The position numbers were made by a program, and so were the translations under genes. The notes under the pieces were generated by a model that had not been told where the DNA came from, made no database searches, and was given only the letters and a program-made list of their open reading frames with translations. Positions 27,250 through 41,496 of a DNA stretch of 64,000 nucleotides are shown piece after piece (position 1 is the first letter of the stretch; every line of letters starts with the position of its first letter). This stretch comes from Octopus sinensis. Lineage: Eukaryota. The DNA is taken from contig NC_043005.1 in NCBI RefSeq assembly GCF_006345805.1, positions 74,090,001 through 74,154,000 of the forward strand. The letters run 5' to 3'.

Positions 27250-30185
27250 CAGGCTTCTTTCACTTTCCTTCTGCCAAAATCCACTCATAAATCTTCGGAC
27301 AGCCTGCCTGTTACCATAACAGAAGACAGCTGCCCAAGGTTCCACATAGTGGAACTGAACCTACAATCATTTGGGTGAGGAACAAGTTTCTTAACCACAC
27401 ACTCATGATACTAAAAGAAAACGATTAATATGGAGACAATGAGTTTAGGAAAAAAATATGCTAATACTTACATTTTTACATAATGAACAAGGGTCAGGGT
27501 TACTTGATATACATGTTTCAAGACCATGTAAACAAATACAGATAAGAGTGGCATTATTACAGCCAAGCTTTGTGAAAACATTGCCATTTTTACATGTACC
27601 CATTGTAGTTGTTTCATTGCAAGTTGGTCTCACTTGTAAAATTGAATTATTGAAGCAGGTGTATTCATAGCAATCTTTGATCCACACCTCACCAGGCTGT
27701 AAAGATCGATTATTAAAATTATTGATAACAACTGAAAAAAAAATTTTTTAAGTAAATTAAAAGAAAATAATTGATTCATCAAAACTATCAGATGGAATTC
27801 ATTGATGCAGATTTTCTATGGCCAGATTCTTTTCCTGTGGCTTTTCAAACAAGATAACATTTCTTCATGACCAGATATCTTTCCCAAAGAAGATCATCTA
27901 TATGTCTCTCATCAAGTAAACTACCACTGCTCCTTTCCTGTGCTATGCGATTACTCTTATTAGTATGAACTGTATTTTCATTGTCATCTCTGCAGCTATA
28001 AACTTAAGATAGTTGCCACCACTCAATTTTAATAAGATAACCTTATATAGCCACACAATAGTTAAGTGGGTAGTTCAGTTGTGTTAACATTTAATGTAGG
28101 GAGTATAAGAAAGCTAATTGCAAATACAAAAGAATTAGACAATTACTGCTTTTGTTTATGAATATTTTCAGTTAACATTTTGATGCTATTGCATTAAATA
28201 TTTTAACTTTATCTGAACTGTTGTTATTCTTGAGTGTGGCACCTGTCTATAACTTGAATGTATTTAACAGATGTTATTATGAGGAATAGTGAAGACGCGT
28301 GGCTTAGTGGTTAAGGCATTCAGCTTATGATTGTAAGGTCGTAAGTTCAATTTCTGGCGGCACATTGTGTCCTTGAGCAAGACACTTTATTTCACATTGC
28401 TCCAGTCTACTCAGCTGGCAAAAATGTGTTGTACCTGTATTTCAAAGGGCCGGCCTTGTCACACTTTGTGTCATGCTGAATCTCCCTAAGAACTACATTA
28501 GTGGTACACATGTCTGTGGATTGCTCAGTCACTTGCACGTTAATTTCATGAGCAAGCTGTTTCATTGATTGTATCAGCTGGGACCCTCGTTGTCATAACC
28601 AACGGAGTGCTCCTTTATTATGAGGAATATGCAGTGCAGGCCAGATGTGGGGGCATGCACCATTACAGTGCATTTCTGCATTCAACATTTGTTAGTATAT
28701 TCCCAAGTCAGCCTGGGTGGCCTATCAGGCAGAGTCCCAGTCGGTCCTCATTTCTGCAAGATAATTCCTCATCTGTCATGACCATGTGGCATGTGGTCAA
28801 CCAGTACATGCCATCAACCCAGCCAGGTCCCCAGTGAAGAGTACATGATGAGCAGAGTCTAACTTGGAAAAATCAAGCAACACGGCCAGATAGTTTGAGC
28901 TGGTATTCTTGAATCCTACAAATAACATGATGCATCCCAGTTTCTGAGTAGAATCATTGGTTGGATACAATATTCAACCAATGGTAAACCATAATCCTGT
29001 GAAGCGTCCTGATACCAAAGAAGTTCAGGTGGCTCCTAAGGCCCTCAGACAGTGTCCAAGTCTCACAACTATAAAATAGGACAGGGAAGACCAGTAACCC
29101 AGAGACCTGAACAATATCTGAGCAATATACAGTGTAACTGAATTCAAAGTCCCAGAGTCCCAGATGTGTTATAGAGTATATTTATATGCTTGACACATAT
29201 AAATATATGTAAAATCATCACTATCATCATCATCATTGTCGTCATCATCCTCATTATCATCACATCCGTGTTTCATGCTGGCATGAGTTGGATGGTTTGA
29301 CAGGATCCAATGGGCCCAAGGACTACACCATGCTCCAGTGTCTGTTTTGTCACGGTTTCCAAATGCTAACGCTTTTACAGTGCATACTGGGTGCATTTCT
29401 CATCCCAACAGCACTAGTGATATCAGCACACAGCTAGCAAGACTACAAGACCAGGAACGAGGAAACAGTTTTATGCTAGAGTACAAGGGGCTGAAGTGTA
29501 AGAAGAGGAGAGAGCAGGTTTCTTGTAGAGGACCTACATGGCTACTCACATTTTAGAAGAGAAGATGAGAATGATCAGTTGGAACCGATACATACATCTG
29601 GGATGAAGGAAAGAAGGAAGGAAGGAATGGGGACGGAGGGAAGAAGGGAAAGAGAAGGAACAAATGAATAAACAAAAGCACATGCACATACACACACATA
29701 CATATATATACACACATATATACATATATATACATATATAGATATATAGATATATATATTATATATACATATATATATCATATATATATCATATATATAC
29801 ATATACATATATATACATAACATATATATACATAACTATATATACATATACATATAGATACATATATATACATATACATATATACATATACATATACATA
29901 CATATACATATATATACATATACATATATATACATATACATATTATACTATATATATACATAACATACATATATACATATACATACTATATACATATACA
30001 TACATATATCATATACATATATATCATATACATATTATACATATCATATATAACTACATATAATACATATACATATATATTACATATACATACATATATA
30101 CATATACATAATATATACTATACATACATATTACATATACATACATATATACATATACATACAATATACATATTACATATATATA

Positions 30186-30234
<49 letters not shown>

Positions 30235-31992
30235 CAATATGTATATATATATATATGCGAATACATCCTAGCTGAGGTAAATCTCTAAGGAGGTTTTAAT
30301 TTTCTTCAAAGACATTTTCAAACTTAATAAATACACTAATAAATATCCTTGATAAATGCGTAACTGACACAATTCTGTTTTCCTTCTCTCTGAAATACAG
30401 TCTTTCAACATAATGAAATGAAACAAATACATATTATTTTCAGCTTATTAGTATTTCCAAACTAGTCGGATTCTTCAATGAAGGATTCAATAGGCCATGG
30501 TGATTTTTTACTAAGAATTGATTCTGTGTACTATAAGTTCATCAGAATTGATGTTATTTGTACAAATTAAGCTGAAGGTTTATTAGGTGAACAAATGTTA
30601 AGTGTCTTGACCGTGAATTACTTAATGAAACATAAACAATTGGTATTTCATTTAGTAGGCTGCAACATTTTGAATGAAAGATACAAGGATTTATAGATTA
30701 ATAAGTGAAGATTTGCAAATGAATAAATAGCTACTTTTCTAAGGATTCCGTCATCATCAAGGCATATACAAGAACCAGGATAAACACAGTGTGTTCCATT
30801 GAAAACTAAATTGACAGGGCAGTCACATCCAGTTTCACAGATGAAGGGGCCTGTCATAGTACAATTTGGTTCGAGTAGATGACACTTGGTACATTCTTTC
30901 ATACAGTCCGTACGTTCAAGAGGTTCTTCACAAACTGAAATTATAAATGGAAATAACAAAAGCATGTAATCATATTTATAAATTTTTACGTTGCAAAATC
31001 AAGAATCTGAAACAATTTTAACAATTTGAAACAGTTGATTCTACAGAGAGAAAAGTACGGTTACAGTGACCCTGAAGCTTCACCACACTGTCTGAGAAAA
31101 TGCTTTTTTGCTCTGCTCTCTTGTACTTGTGACGGTGTTCACCAAGGATGGGTTGAGCCGGCTTCTTCTCTGGCATCACGAACTATGGCGGCCCACGCTC
31201 AACAGTCCTGTGTGAGGTCACTGGAGATAGCGAGCCATTCACAGTTCCATCTGCGCAGACTGACCACCTGCCGACCTGAGAGTTCGGAGAGGTCCTCCTT
31301 TATCATCGTTGCCCAGGTCTTCAGCTGCCTGCCTATGCGTTTGCGCCAGTTGGGAAGTGGAGGTGGGAGGAGGACATCGCGAATCAGGTCACCCTCAGGA
31401 CACCGGTGTCCAGATGCTAACAATGAAGGCTTTGCACAAGTACTGCTCTGCTCTCAGGTTGACTAAAGCCTTGTGAATGAAAATTGTTAAACTGAAACTC
31501 TGTGTGTAGAAGATTATTGTGAATACACAACACACACACACACACACACAAATATATATATATATATAAATAAATGAAAGAATGGAGTTGAACGAAGATG
31601 TTAACAAATTCCTTTACTCTCGACACATGTTTTGAAGACAGCATGTTTTCATTCCAAAGGAATAAAGGGTGCATTATGTTTGTCTTGTTGTCGAGAGAGG
31701 GTCCCTTTCTTTCCTGATGAGAAGATTGCATAATGCACCCTTTATTCCTTTGGAATGAAAACATGCTGTCTTCGAAACATGTGTCGAGAGTAAAGGAATT
31801 TTGTTAACATCTTCGTTCGACTCCATTCTTTCATTTATTCATATACAACACACAAATTTCTACACAAGAACCCGGAGTTTCTACCCTTGACAGGTCGCTT
31901 CAACCATGTTTTCTCACGTGAATTTGCTACCCAGGTTTCAGTTAAATGAATTTTCCATGCTGACGATAAACATAGGATAATTCATTCACCTA

Positions 31993-32030
<38 letters not shown>

Positions 32031-32061
32031 TATCATCATTTAGCGTCCGCTTTCCATGCTA

Positions 32062-32099
<38 letters not shown>

Positions 32100-33351
32100 A
32101 GGTGTAATGGCCCAGTGGTTAGGGCAGCGGACTCGCGGTCGTAGGATCGTGTTTTCGATTCCCAGACCGGGCGTTGTAAGTGTTTTTTGAGCAAAAACAC
32201 CTAAAGCTCCATGAGGCTCCAGCAGGGTGTGGTGGCAATCTCTGCTGTACTCTTTTACCACAACTTTCTCTCACTCTTTTTTCTGTTGGCCTGCTCGCTT
32301 AGCCAGCAGGGTGGCTCATTTGAAGGCTAAAACAATGTGAAGGGCATTGTGACCAGCAATGTGTAGCATCATCTGATAGCCTGGTCGGTCACGATGATAT
32401 AAAGCAAAATAGCTAGTTCTAAAATCTCAAGAAGAGATCAAAGTAGTAACTATACTAACAAGTAAAGTTAATTGCCAATATCGACATTTTTTCAGCCATC
32501 TTGGAAACGTCTGAATAACTTGTACACTTGTGTGTGGCTCATACACTCCTCCCCATACACTTTCTGCAACTTTGTGGAGGCCTCTGAGCAGGTAATGCCA
32601 TGAGAACTTTCTCTGTCATGGTCAATGCAATGATCACACATTACACACCTTCCTTCCAAGCAGCAGAAGTGAGCTAGAATGTTAAAACTTATTGCACATG
32701 CACAGCAGAGATCAAGAGCAATCTCTGCCAAGTGCCTTCACTCTGCATGTTTTAGCTTCGTGACTATGGCAACAATCCAGATACTTATTGATCAGACCAT
32801 GTATATATATATATATAAATGTTGTAGTTCACTTGAAGCTTTGTAATATCAAAGAATTTAAAAAGGGAGAAAATAGACAGCTTCTGACAATGCGGAAAGT
32901 TTAAAACCTTTATATTTCAGGCACAAAAATCCATCTTCCAAAGAAAAGAACAGTCTAAGAAAAATTCAGTTATGTAGGTTCTGTTAACCATTAAAATTCC
33001 CTAGCATTTATGTCATATATATATATATATGAGATGAGAAAATAGAGAACTAATTAATAAATTATTATTTATTAATTAAAGGATGGACAAACATTCCTTA
33101 CATCTGTTTAAATCCCAGACCTTCAGGAAATTAATTAATTAAATTAAAAATTATTTGAAAGTCGAATTTCTTCAGAGGTAGTTAAAGATATACAAAATAG
33201 GTGTTCAATTCCTGCATGTTGAGTATTAATTGTAATGTTCAATATTCTTTGTATAGGTAACTAACCAGTATTTTTCATAGGATTTTGCTATCTCTGAATG
33301 AAGTTTGTAACGTTTTTTTGTGCTTCTCTCTCTCTCTCTCTCTCTCTCTCG

Positions 33352-33390
<39 letters not shown>

Positions 33391-33768
33391 GTAAAGCTAT
33401 CGAATATAACGCCGATGACGGAAATCAAACTACTTTTCTATGTTTGTGATCCAGAAACATGTGTTCGTTATTAACGGTAAGTGACTGTTTGCGTCTATTT
33501 GCTACTCCGGTTTTGTGTATGTGAGCCGCACGGGCCTTCATTTTTGGAATCTCCACTTACAGAAAATGGATAAAACAGTCTTTGACTGCCATTTCTAATT
33601 CCTTCGGTATGAGGCGAAACAGCCTGCTGCTAGCCCTCTTATTTACTTTACTATATACTGAACCTTACAAAGTTCCTGACGATAAATTTGTCGTATTTAC
33701 ATACCGAAATTTACCGGTAAATAATTGTTGGTTACATGAAAAACCACAGAAAAATTATTTACCATTTT

Positions 33769-33799
<31 letters not shown>

Positions 33800-34200
33800 A
33801 TGTAACAATCTACCTGTATACAAGATACTTCCCCACCCTCAATCTACAAATTTTCACTGACAAGGCACTGATAAATCCAAGATTATTGTAAAAGAATCTC
33901 AAGGAAACAGGTTGACTTCTTTAACACCTGCAGTTTTATTAAGTTTTCTTCATCAAATGTTACATCAAGATTACATGAAAACAACTTACCACTGTAGTTG
34001 CTTGGGTTGGAAAAAGTGTAGTCGCCCATTGAGTTCCTGAGGAATATCCTGAAAAATTTATTGTTATATTTAGTTTAATTACATTTTTTTCTCTAGATAA
34101 AAAAAAAAAGTAATCAGAAAACATATCTAATATCATATCACAAAAATATCAACAACTAACACATTAGAGTCTTATATTTAATTCTCTTTTAAATTAAGCA

Positions 34201-34257
<57 letters not shown>

Positions 34258-37200
34258 TCATCATTTAACGGCCGTTTTCCATGCTAACATGGGTTGGACG
34301 ATTTGACTGAGGTCTGGCGAACCAGATGGCTGCACCAGATCCAATCTGATCTGGCACAGTTTCTACAGATGGATGTTGTAGAAACATTTGAATTGGTCTT
34401 ATGTTTGTATTCATTATCTTATATTCTACTGAATCTGCCACCCATCTCTCGCAAGAGCTTCAACATAGCTACTTGATCTGCTCAAAATATCAGCTAATTT
34501 GTCTGTCTTAAACAAAACAGAAGCAATATAGTCCTAAAAACTAATATATATAAAGATGGATTGGTCATGGATAAACTATATTTTATCATATGCCTGCTTG
34601 ATCATGGTTATCCTGAGACTAAAGAGCAATAATAAAAATAATATAATTCAGTAGATCATTTAGTGAAAATATGTAATTATCTAGAAATTTATTTGCCAAA
34701 TGGTAGACTGAAGAAATGGGTCATCCTTGGAATATCATCTTTTAAACAAAGACTGTACTTTCGGTGATGTAGAATTCAGTATGTAATTACAGAATTATGG
34801 TGAAAGTGTCAACCATGAATCAAAATTAAAACCAAGCTTCAACTGATGAAAAAGATTTGTGAGAAGCATAAAACAGACTTGTAAAAGATAGTGACTGCAG
34901 AGTTCAATACGGAGGCACCTCTACTTTTACTACTGTTGTTGTTGCTGTTTAACTGCAAACATTTCTGATGGAGCTACACCTACGGTTTATGACATTCCAG
35001 ACAAGACCATTCTATTAAAATTTTCAAACAGAGTCAACCTAGGATTACATCATCCAGTTTAATCCTCCCATTTTTTTTGTCCAGACAATGGAAAGGTTTT
35101 GCTGTCTCTGGTCAGTCAAACACACAGAGGTACCCATGTTGGCTGGAGTACACTAAGTTTTTCAGCCTGCTGGTTAACTGTAACACCAGTGATTCTTCAC
35201 TCACAGTTTTACTATATTAGTGACACTGGATTTTGTCTTACCATTCAGCTACCAATGAATGCTTGCTACTGATGAGGCTCAAAGAGGCAGAAATATGCAT
35301 TTAGCAATGTCACCAACACTGCTGGATGAATTTCAGCTCTTACTGATATATTTGTGTGTTTTCTTTAATACTGTATGTCTATAAGAGAGACTATCTTCAG
35401 AGAAATACTATTGTTCATTGGGCTTTCAAGACTATGCCTGCTTTAAGTATGATATACAGATGGCTATTTTAAACTATTGTTGCTTCTGTCATACATAACA
35501 AATTTTCACACATAAAGTTTTAGTGTAACATATTTGAAAAGCATTAAAATTTTTACACTGAAAACAAGTCACAAACATTGTTTAACAAACGGATAAAAAA
35601 AAACGAGAAATACTTACTGATAGTGGTATAGACATTTGTACGGGTAACTGGTGTAGCTATAATATAAATATAACAATTAAATCAATTAATATTGTCATCA
35701 GAAGCTCATTATTATCATCATTATTATAAGTATCATACAAGTGAGGGCTTATACCTTTTGGTGATCAGGGTGATTGGGAATCCGCAAGGTTCCTCAGTTG
35801 GCACCAGCTAGTGGCTCTCATGCATTAGGACTACATCATCCATTTACACACATATTTTGTATACTATGTATGTGGAGGTGCAATGGCCCAGTGGTTAGGG
35901 CAGCAACTTGCAATCGTAGGATTGTGGTTTCGATTCCCAGACCGGGCATTGTGAGTGTTTATTGAGCGAAATCACCTAAAGCTCTATGAAGCTCCAGCTG
36001 TATTCTTTCACCACAACTTTCTCCCACTCTTTCTTCCTGTTTCTTTTGTACCTGTATTTCATAGGGCTACCCTTGTCACACTCTGTGTCATGCTGAACCT
36101 CCCCGAGAACTACATCAAGGGTATACGTGTCAGTGGAGTGCTCAGCCACTTGCACGTTAATTTCACGAGCAGGCCGTTCCGTTGATCGGATCAACTGGAG
36201 CCCTTGTCTTCATAACCGACAGAGTGCCACGTTATGCTATATATGCTTTTTATCTCATTTCCCCTTTCTTTCCTGTCATCTTTTATGTAACCTCACACAT
36301 ATTGTAAACCAGCAGAATCAGTAGCATGCCAGACAAAATGCTTTCTGAAATTTCTTCTGGTTTTATTCTGAGTTCAATTTCTGCCAAGGCCAACTTTACC
36401 TTCCATCCTTTTGGGGGGTCAATGAAATAAGTACAACTAGAGTATAGGGATTTATATAATTGATTATCCCCCTCCCACAAAATTTCAGGCCCTTTGCCTA
36501 TAGTAGAAAGGATCATCTGGCAGGATAATCACCAGGTCTTCATCCTTTCTGCTTTGATAAAATAAATACCAGTTGTGCACTGGGGTTGATGTAATCAACT
36601 TAGCCCATCCCCCAAAATTGCTGGCAGTGTGCCAAAATTTGAAACTATTGTTATTGTCATTATTGGGATGAGGGGTTATTTGTTACTACCAACCCCAGTA
36701 CTTGACTAGTAGTTTATTTTATTGACCCCAAAAGGATGAAAGGTGAAATTGAGCTCAAAAGGGTTTGAGCTTAGAACATAGAGAGATGGAACAAATACTA
36801 ACAGGTCAGATGCTCTACCGATTTTGCTAATCTACCACCAGAGTGCATGTTAGTCATAAAATTTTATTCTAAATATCACAGATTATGAGAAGCATATTAG
36901 TCAATTTTTATGTACTAACCAAGTCAAGACCATCACGATCAAATTTTAAGAATCTAGAAAAATTTCATCATAGTGTATTTTATTGGGGGTGAGGAATGCA
37001 AGAACCAGTTTTCTCTTGAATTTGTTCAAATATCAGCTCATTAACTCTTTTAGCACCAACCAACCTGAGACCACCCTTAGTGGATTGTACGTAATTACAT
37101 TAAAATTTTAATTAAAACATCTATCAAAATATATAATTACAGCATGAATTATACCACAAGATTTCCATTTGTCAACACCAGTATAATATGCACAGATATA

Positions 37201-40200
37201 TAAAGTTACTGATATTTTACTAAACCCCTTGTTTATGCTTTGAAGATTTTGGGAAATTTAAAATACATAGGCCGTCTAATCATGAGAAATAATGTCATAA
37301 AAGACATCTGTACATATATAAAATGCACACATACACACTTATGCAGATGCATGCATACACACTTACACAGATGCACACATACACACTTAGACGGATGCAC
37401 ACATACACACACATGCGCATATAAACGTTACAGGCATTCTATTAATCACTTTGAAAACCCTTATTTTGAAAACTTTTTAAGATGCACATAGTCAAATTTC
37501 ATTAAATGTATGTGCCAAGAAAGTACAGAGACTCTTCTAAGGAAACAAATGCTACTTAATCAACAGAATGGAATCCTGAACTCATTAATTGCTATATACT
37601 CTTACTTTTTTACTTGTTTCAGTCATTTTACTGTGGCCATGCTGGAGTACAGCTTTTAGTCGAGCAAATCGACCCCAGGACTTATTCTTTGTAAGCCTAG
37701 TACTTATTCTACCAGTCTCTTTTGCTGAGCCACTAAGTTACAGGGACGTAAACACACCACCATCGGTTGTCAAGCAATGGTGGGGGTGCAAACACAGACA
37801 CACAAACATATACACACATATATATACATAAGTACGGCGGGCTTCTTTCAGTTTCCATCAACTAATTCCACTCACAAGGCTTTGGTTGGCCTGAGGCTAT
37901 AGTAGAAGACACTTGACTAAGGTGCCACGCAGTGGGAATGAACCCGGAACCATGTGATAGGTAAGCAAGTTACTTACCACACAGCCACTCCTACGCCTAT
38001 GAAATATATCTAATAATTAAAACTGATCTATATTGCACGAGATGATAAAGTATTTTTATCCAATAATAGCAATAAGATACATGACCTTTTAGCAACCGCA
38101 ATAAAATGAATGTGAAAAATTCAAGAATTACTCACTTAAAGCCACGCATTGGCAACATTCCTTGTCACGGATCACAAGAGTTTCATTCTGTTAAAAATAA
38201 ATAGTATATATTATAAAGAGATATCCAATTGCAGCTTTCAAACTTCTTAACTGCTGAATAACTTTTCTTCAGTATCAGTTTCTAGTAGAAGGATGTATAT
38301 GAAATAAACAAGTGTATAAAGGCATTGGATCAAGATTTTTAAGGTTGTTTCTACAGATATTCAACAGAAACTATAACCAGCACTGATTTTTGCTACAACA
38401 TTTCGTATCAAAACATCAGATGTAAACAAGCAATGAGATCAGAGACAAAAGTGGGTAATGAGTGTATAAACTTAGATAAACTTAGATATGTTTCGACCAA
38501 TGATTGGTCCAGGCCATGTCTAACTTAATAGCACCACCTGATAGGATTATCTAAATCCTGTTTAAGTCAAGTTTTGTTTATGGTCCATTCATGTAGTGAG
38601 GTCTTGTTGGGTGAGTTGTATCCAATTATGGGTGGCTTATCCAGTATTCCTTGAAGAAATCTATCCAGACTCCATTTAAAGTTAATGGGATCCTTTTCCT
38701 CTTTGATCGCTTTCGGGACAATGTTAAACAGGGCAGGGCCTTTTGAGGAAAAGAAATTATGTTGCAGTGTACCTATATGCTGTGATCCTGAATTGGGCAG
38801 GGGACATATGGCATGGATATGCCATATTTCGAGGGTTGTTGCCCCTTCCTCAACACCCATCTAACCCATTCTTGTCTCTGAGTATATTGCTTATATAGCC
38901 ACCGCATACAGCAGTGTTAAGTTATTGGATATACCAATTTACATAAAAGATGCATTCCTGGAACTGGTATGTAAACATTAAAGGTTTGTAAGTATGTGGC
39001 ACTTTGTTATGCAAACACAAAAATACTATGAAGTATACTAAATGTTTTTTATAAGTCAGTACCACGTCCTACTGCATCAGTAGTGCATGTTACAAAACTT
39101 TAATTGGATCAAGAATTCAAATATATAAGACAAATATGGTAACATAAGCATTAATCATAGGCAGCGAGCTGGCAGAAGTTTTAGCCTGCTATGAAATGCT
39201 TAGTGGTATTTCATCCATCCTTATGTTCTGAGTTCAAATTCTGCCAAGGCTGTCTTTGCCGTTCATCCTTTCAGGATTGATGAAATAAGTACCAATTGAA
39301 CACTGGGGGTCAATGTAATCAACTTAATTACTCTCAAGTAAAAGTATAAAAAACTGCACCCTTTGCCAAGCCATGTTGAGCCAGTATGGCAGAGTAAGCT
39401 CATCAAACCAGAATGATCTGAAGGTCAAATTTATGGCCATCAGACTGGTTGGTGGATAGAACATACTGAGGCTTTCATTCTGCAGTGGACTGAACATAGG
39501 CAATCCAGTCCAATCCAAAGCATTAATCATATGTCTGTTTGATCAGAATTGACTTGGAACTATACAACAAGGGTCTAATGATGGTGAGGTGAAGACAGAT
39601 GAGAAAAATTATTAAAACTTTAATCAGACAATGCTTGACAATTCACTTCTTTAAACCTTTAGAATATAAACCAGCCATATCTGGTCAAAATATTCTGCCT
39701 GTTTTTTGTTAAGACCAGCCAGATCTGGCCTCTCACACTGACCTGAAAATGTCATCATAAAAACCTAACATTTACATCATTAAATTTTCAAAGTTACGTG
39801 AATTATCACATAGCTTTGAATAATAGGAATTACATTTCACACAATAATCTGAATGTTAAAGAGTTATGTTGTAAATAATACTTCTTTAAGAATAATACTT
39901 CTGAAAGAAGAATTATTGATAGACTTTAACTCTTTAACACTTAAACTAGCCATATCAGGCCCAAATATTCTACCTGTTTTATGTTTAAACTGACCAGATC
40001 TGGCATTTCACACCTATCCTACAATGTCATTCTAAAAATAAACAGTCACATTATCAACATTTGACAGCTTCAAGCTAACTCATGATTAATTCAAAACAAG
40101 GTGAATAAATAAGCATTACTTTTGACAGTGCACTCTGAATGCTGAAGGGTTAAGCAACAGTGATATCAATTTTGTAACAGTGAACTAGACCACAATTCAT

Positions 40201-41435
40201 GTAACACTAAATATAACATTTGACAAAATCACTCTTTACATTGCTGTTATTTGCTTTACCAGTTCCAATCAAGAAAAATGAAAGGCCAACTTAACCCTTT
40301 CATTACCGTATTTATTTTGAGATGTTCTGTGTTTTGTTTAATTAATTTCAAATGTAACAAAGAAGTTAGTAAAATAACTTTGTTATCATTAAGCGGCGAG
40401 TGTTAGGAACATAAATTGTGACTAAGGTTTAGTGGAAGACTTTAATTCAAAACTTATGAAAACAAGACATTTGTACTACAGAGTCAGAGCCGGTTTCAGT
40501 CGGGTTGGTATTGAAAGGGTTAATTCAGGCAACATTTGAGCTCATAAATATTACTTACATCTGCACACTTCTTGTTACAAGCAGGTACTCTTTGAAATTC
40601 TCCATCAATGCATACTTCATTGAAGCACTCATTCAATATGCGAGTTTCATTCTCAATACAACGGAGTGGGGTAGTTGTTCTGGGAATTGGTGTGGTGGTT
40701 TCTATTGAAAGAAAATAATATTATAAACAAATACATGAGCGCAAGTATGTGTGTGTATGCATCATTATTGTCATTTTAACATCCAATTTTCAATGTTCGA
40801 GAAAACCTACCCACATAGCAGAATTGTTATCCTAAAATCAAGATGTCATGTAAAAGGCATTGGTGTGGGTGCTGGTGCCACATGAAAAGCACTTTGTAAA
40901 GTGGTTGGCATTAGGAAAGGCATCCAGCTGTAGAAATCAAGCCAAAACAGACTATGGAACCTGCTGCGGCCTCTGGCCTTGCCAGTTCCTGTGAAGCTGT
41001 CCAACTCATGCCAGCATGGAAAACAGATGTAAGTATTGAAGATGATGATGTTAGTTCAAATAAAATTCTACAGCCAAATATATATATATATATATATGTA
41101 AATACATTGTACATTTAAACACATAAGAGATGGCCATAACAGGACATCTGGCTCGCTGGAAAGAGTAGTTAAACCACAAACCACTATCAGGGGTAATTTT
41201 GAAAGGGAATGAAAAATAAAAACATCCCTTTCAAAATTACCCCTAATAGCGGTTTGTGGTTTAACTACTCTTTCTAGCGAGTCAGATGTTCTGTTATGGA
41301 CATCTCTTATGTGTTTAAATGTACACTGTATTTTTATATGAATAATACATAGTCTATTGACTAGTTTTTTTTCTTCTCACTAGACCACTGGTAGCAAAGA
41401 ATTCTTCTAAATTTTTTAGCTACCCTAAGATTTAT

Positions 41436-41496
<61 letters not shown>

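Noticed and set aside
28690-29130. Possible RTE-like LINE remnant (minus-strand RLGHCLRA motif)
   Set aside because: Too degenerate to support from one short motif.
31026-31466. 146-aa plus-strand ORF
   Set aside because: It is antisense to an RTE LINE fragment.
33990-33991. ctacag|TG|gtaagt 2-nt microexon-like site
   Set aside because: It would break the frame between exons 14 and 15, which already join correctly.
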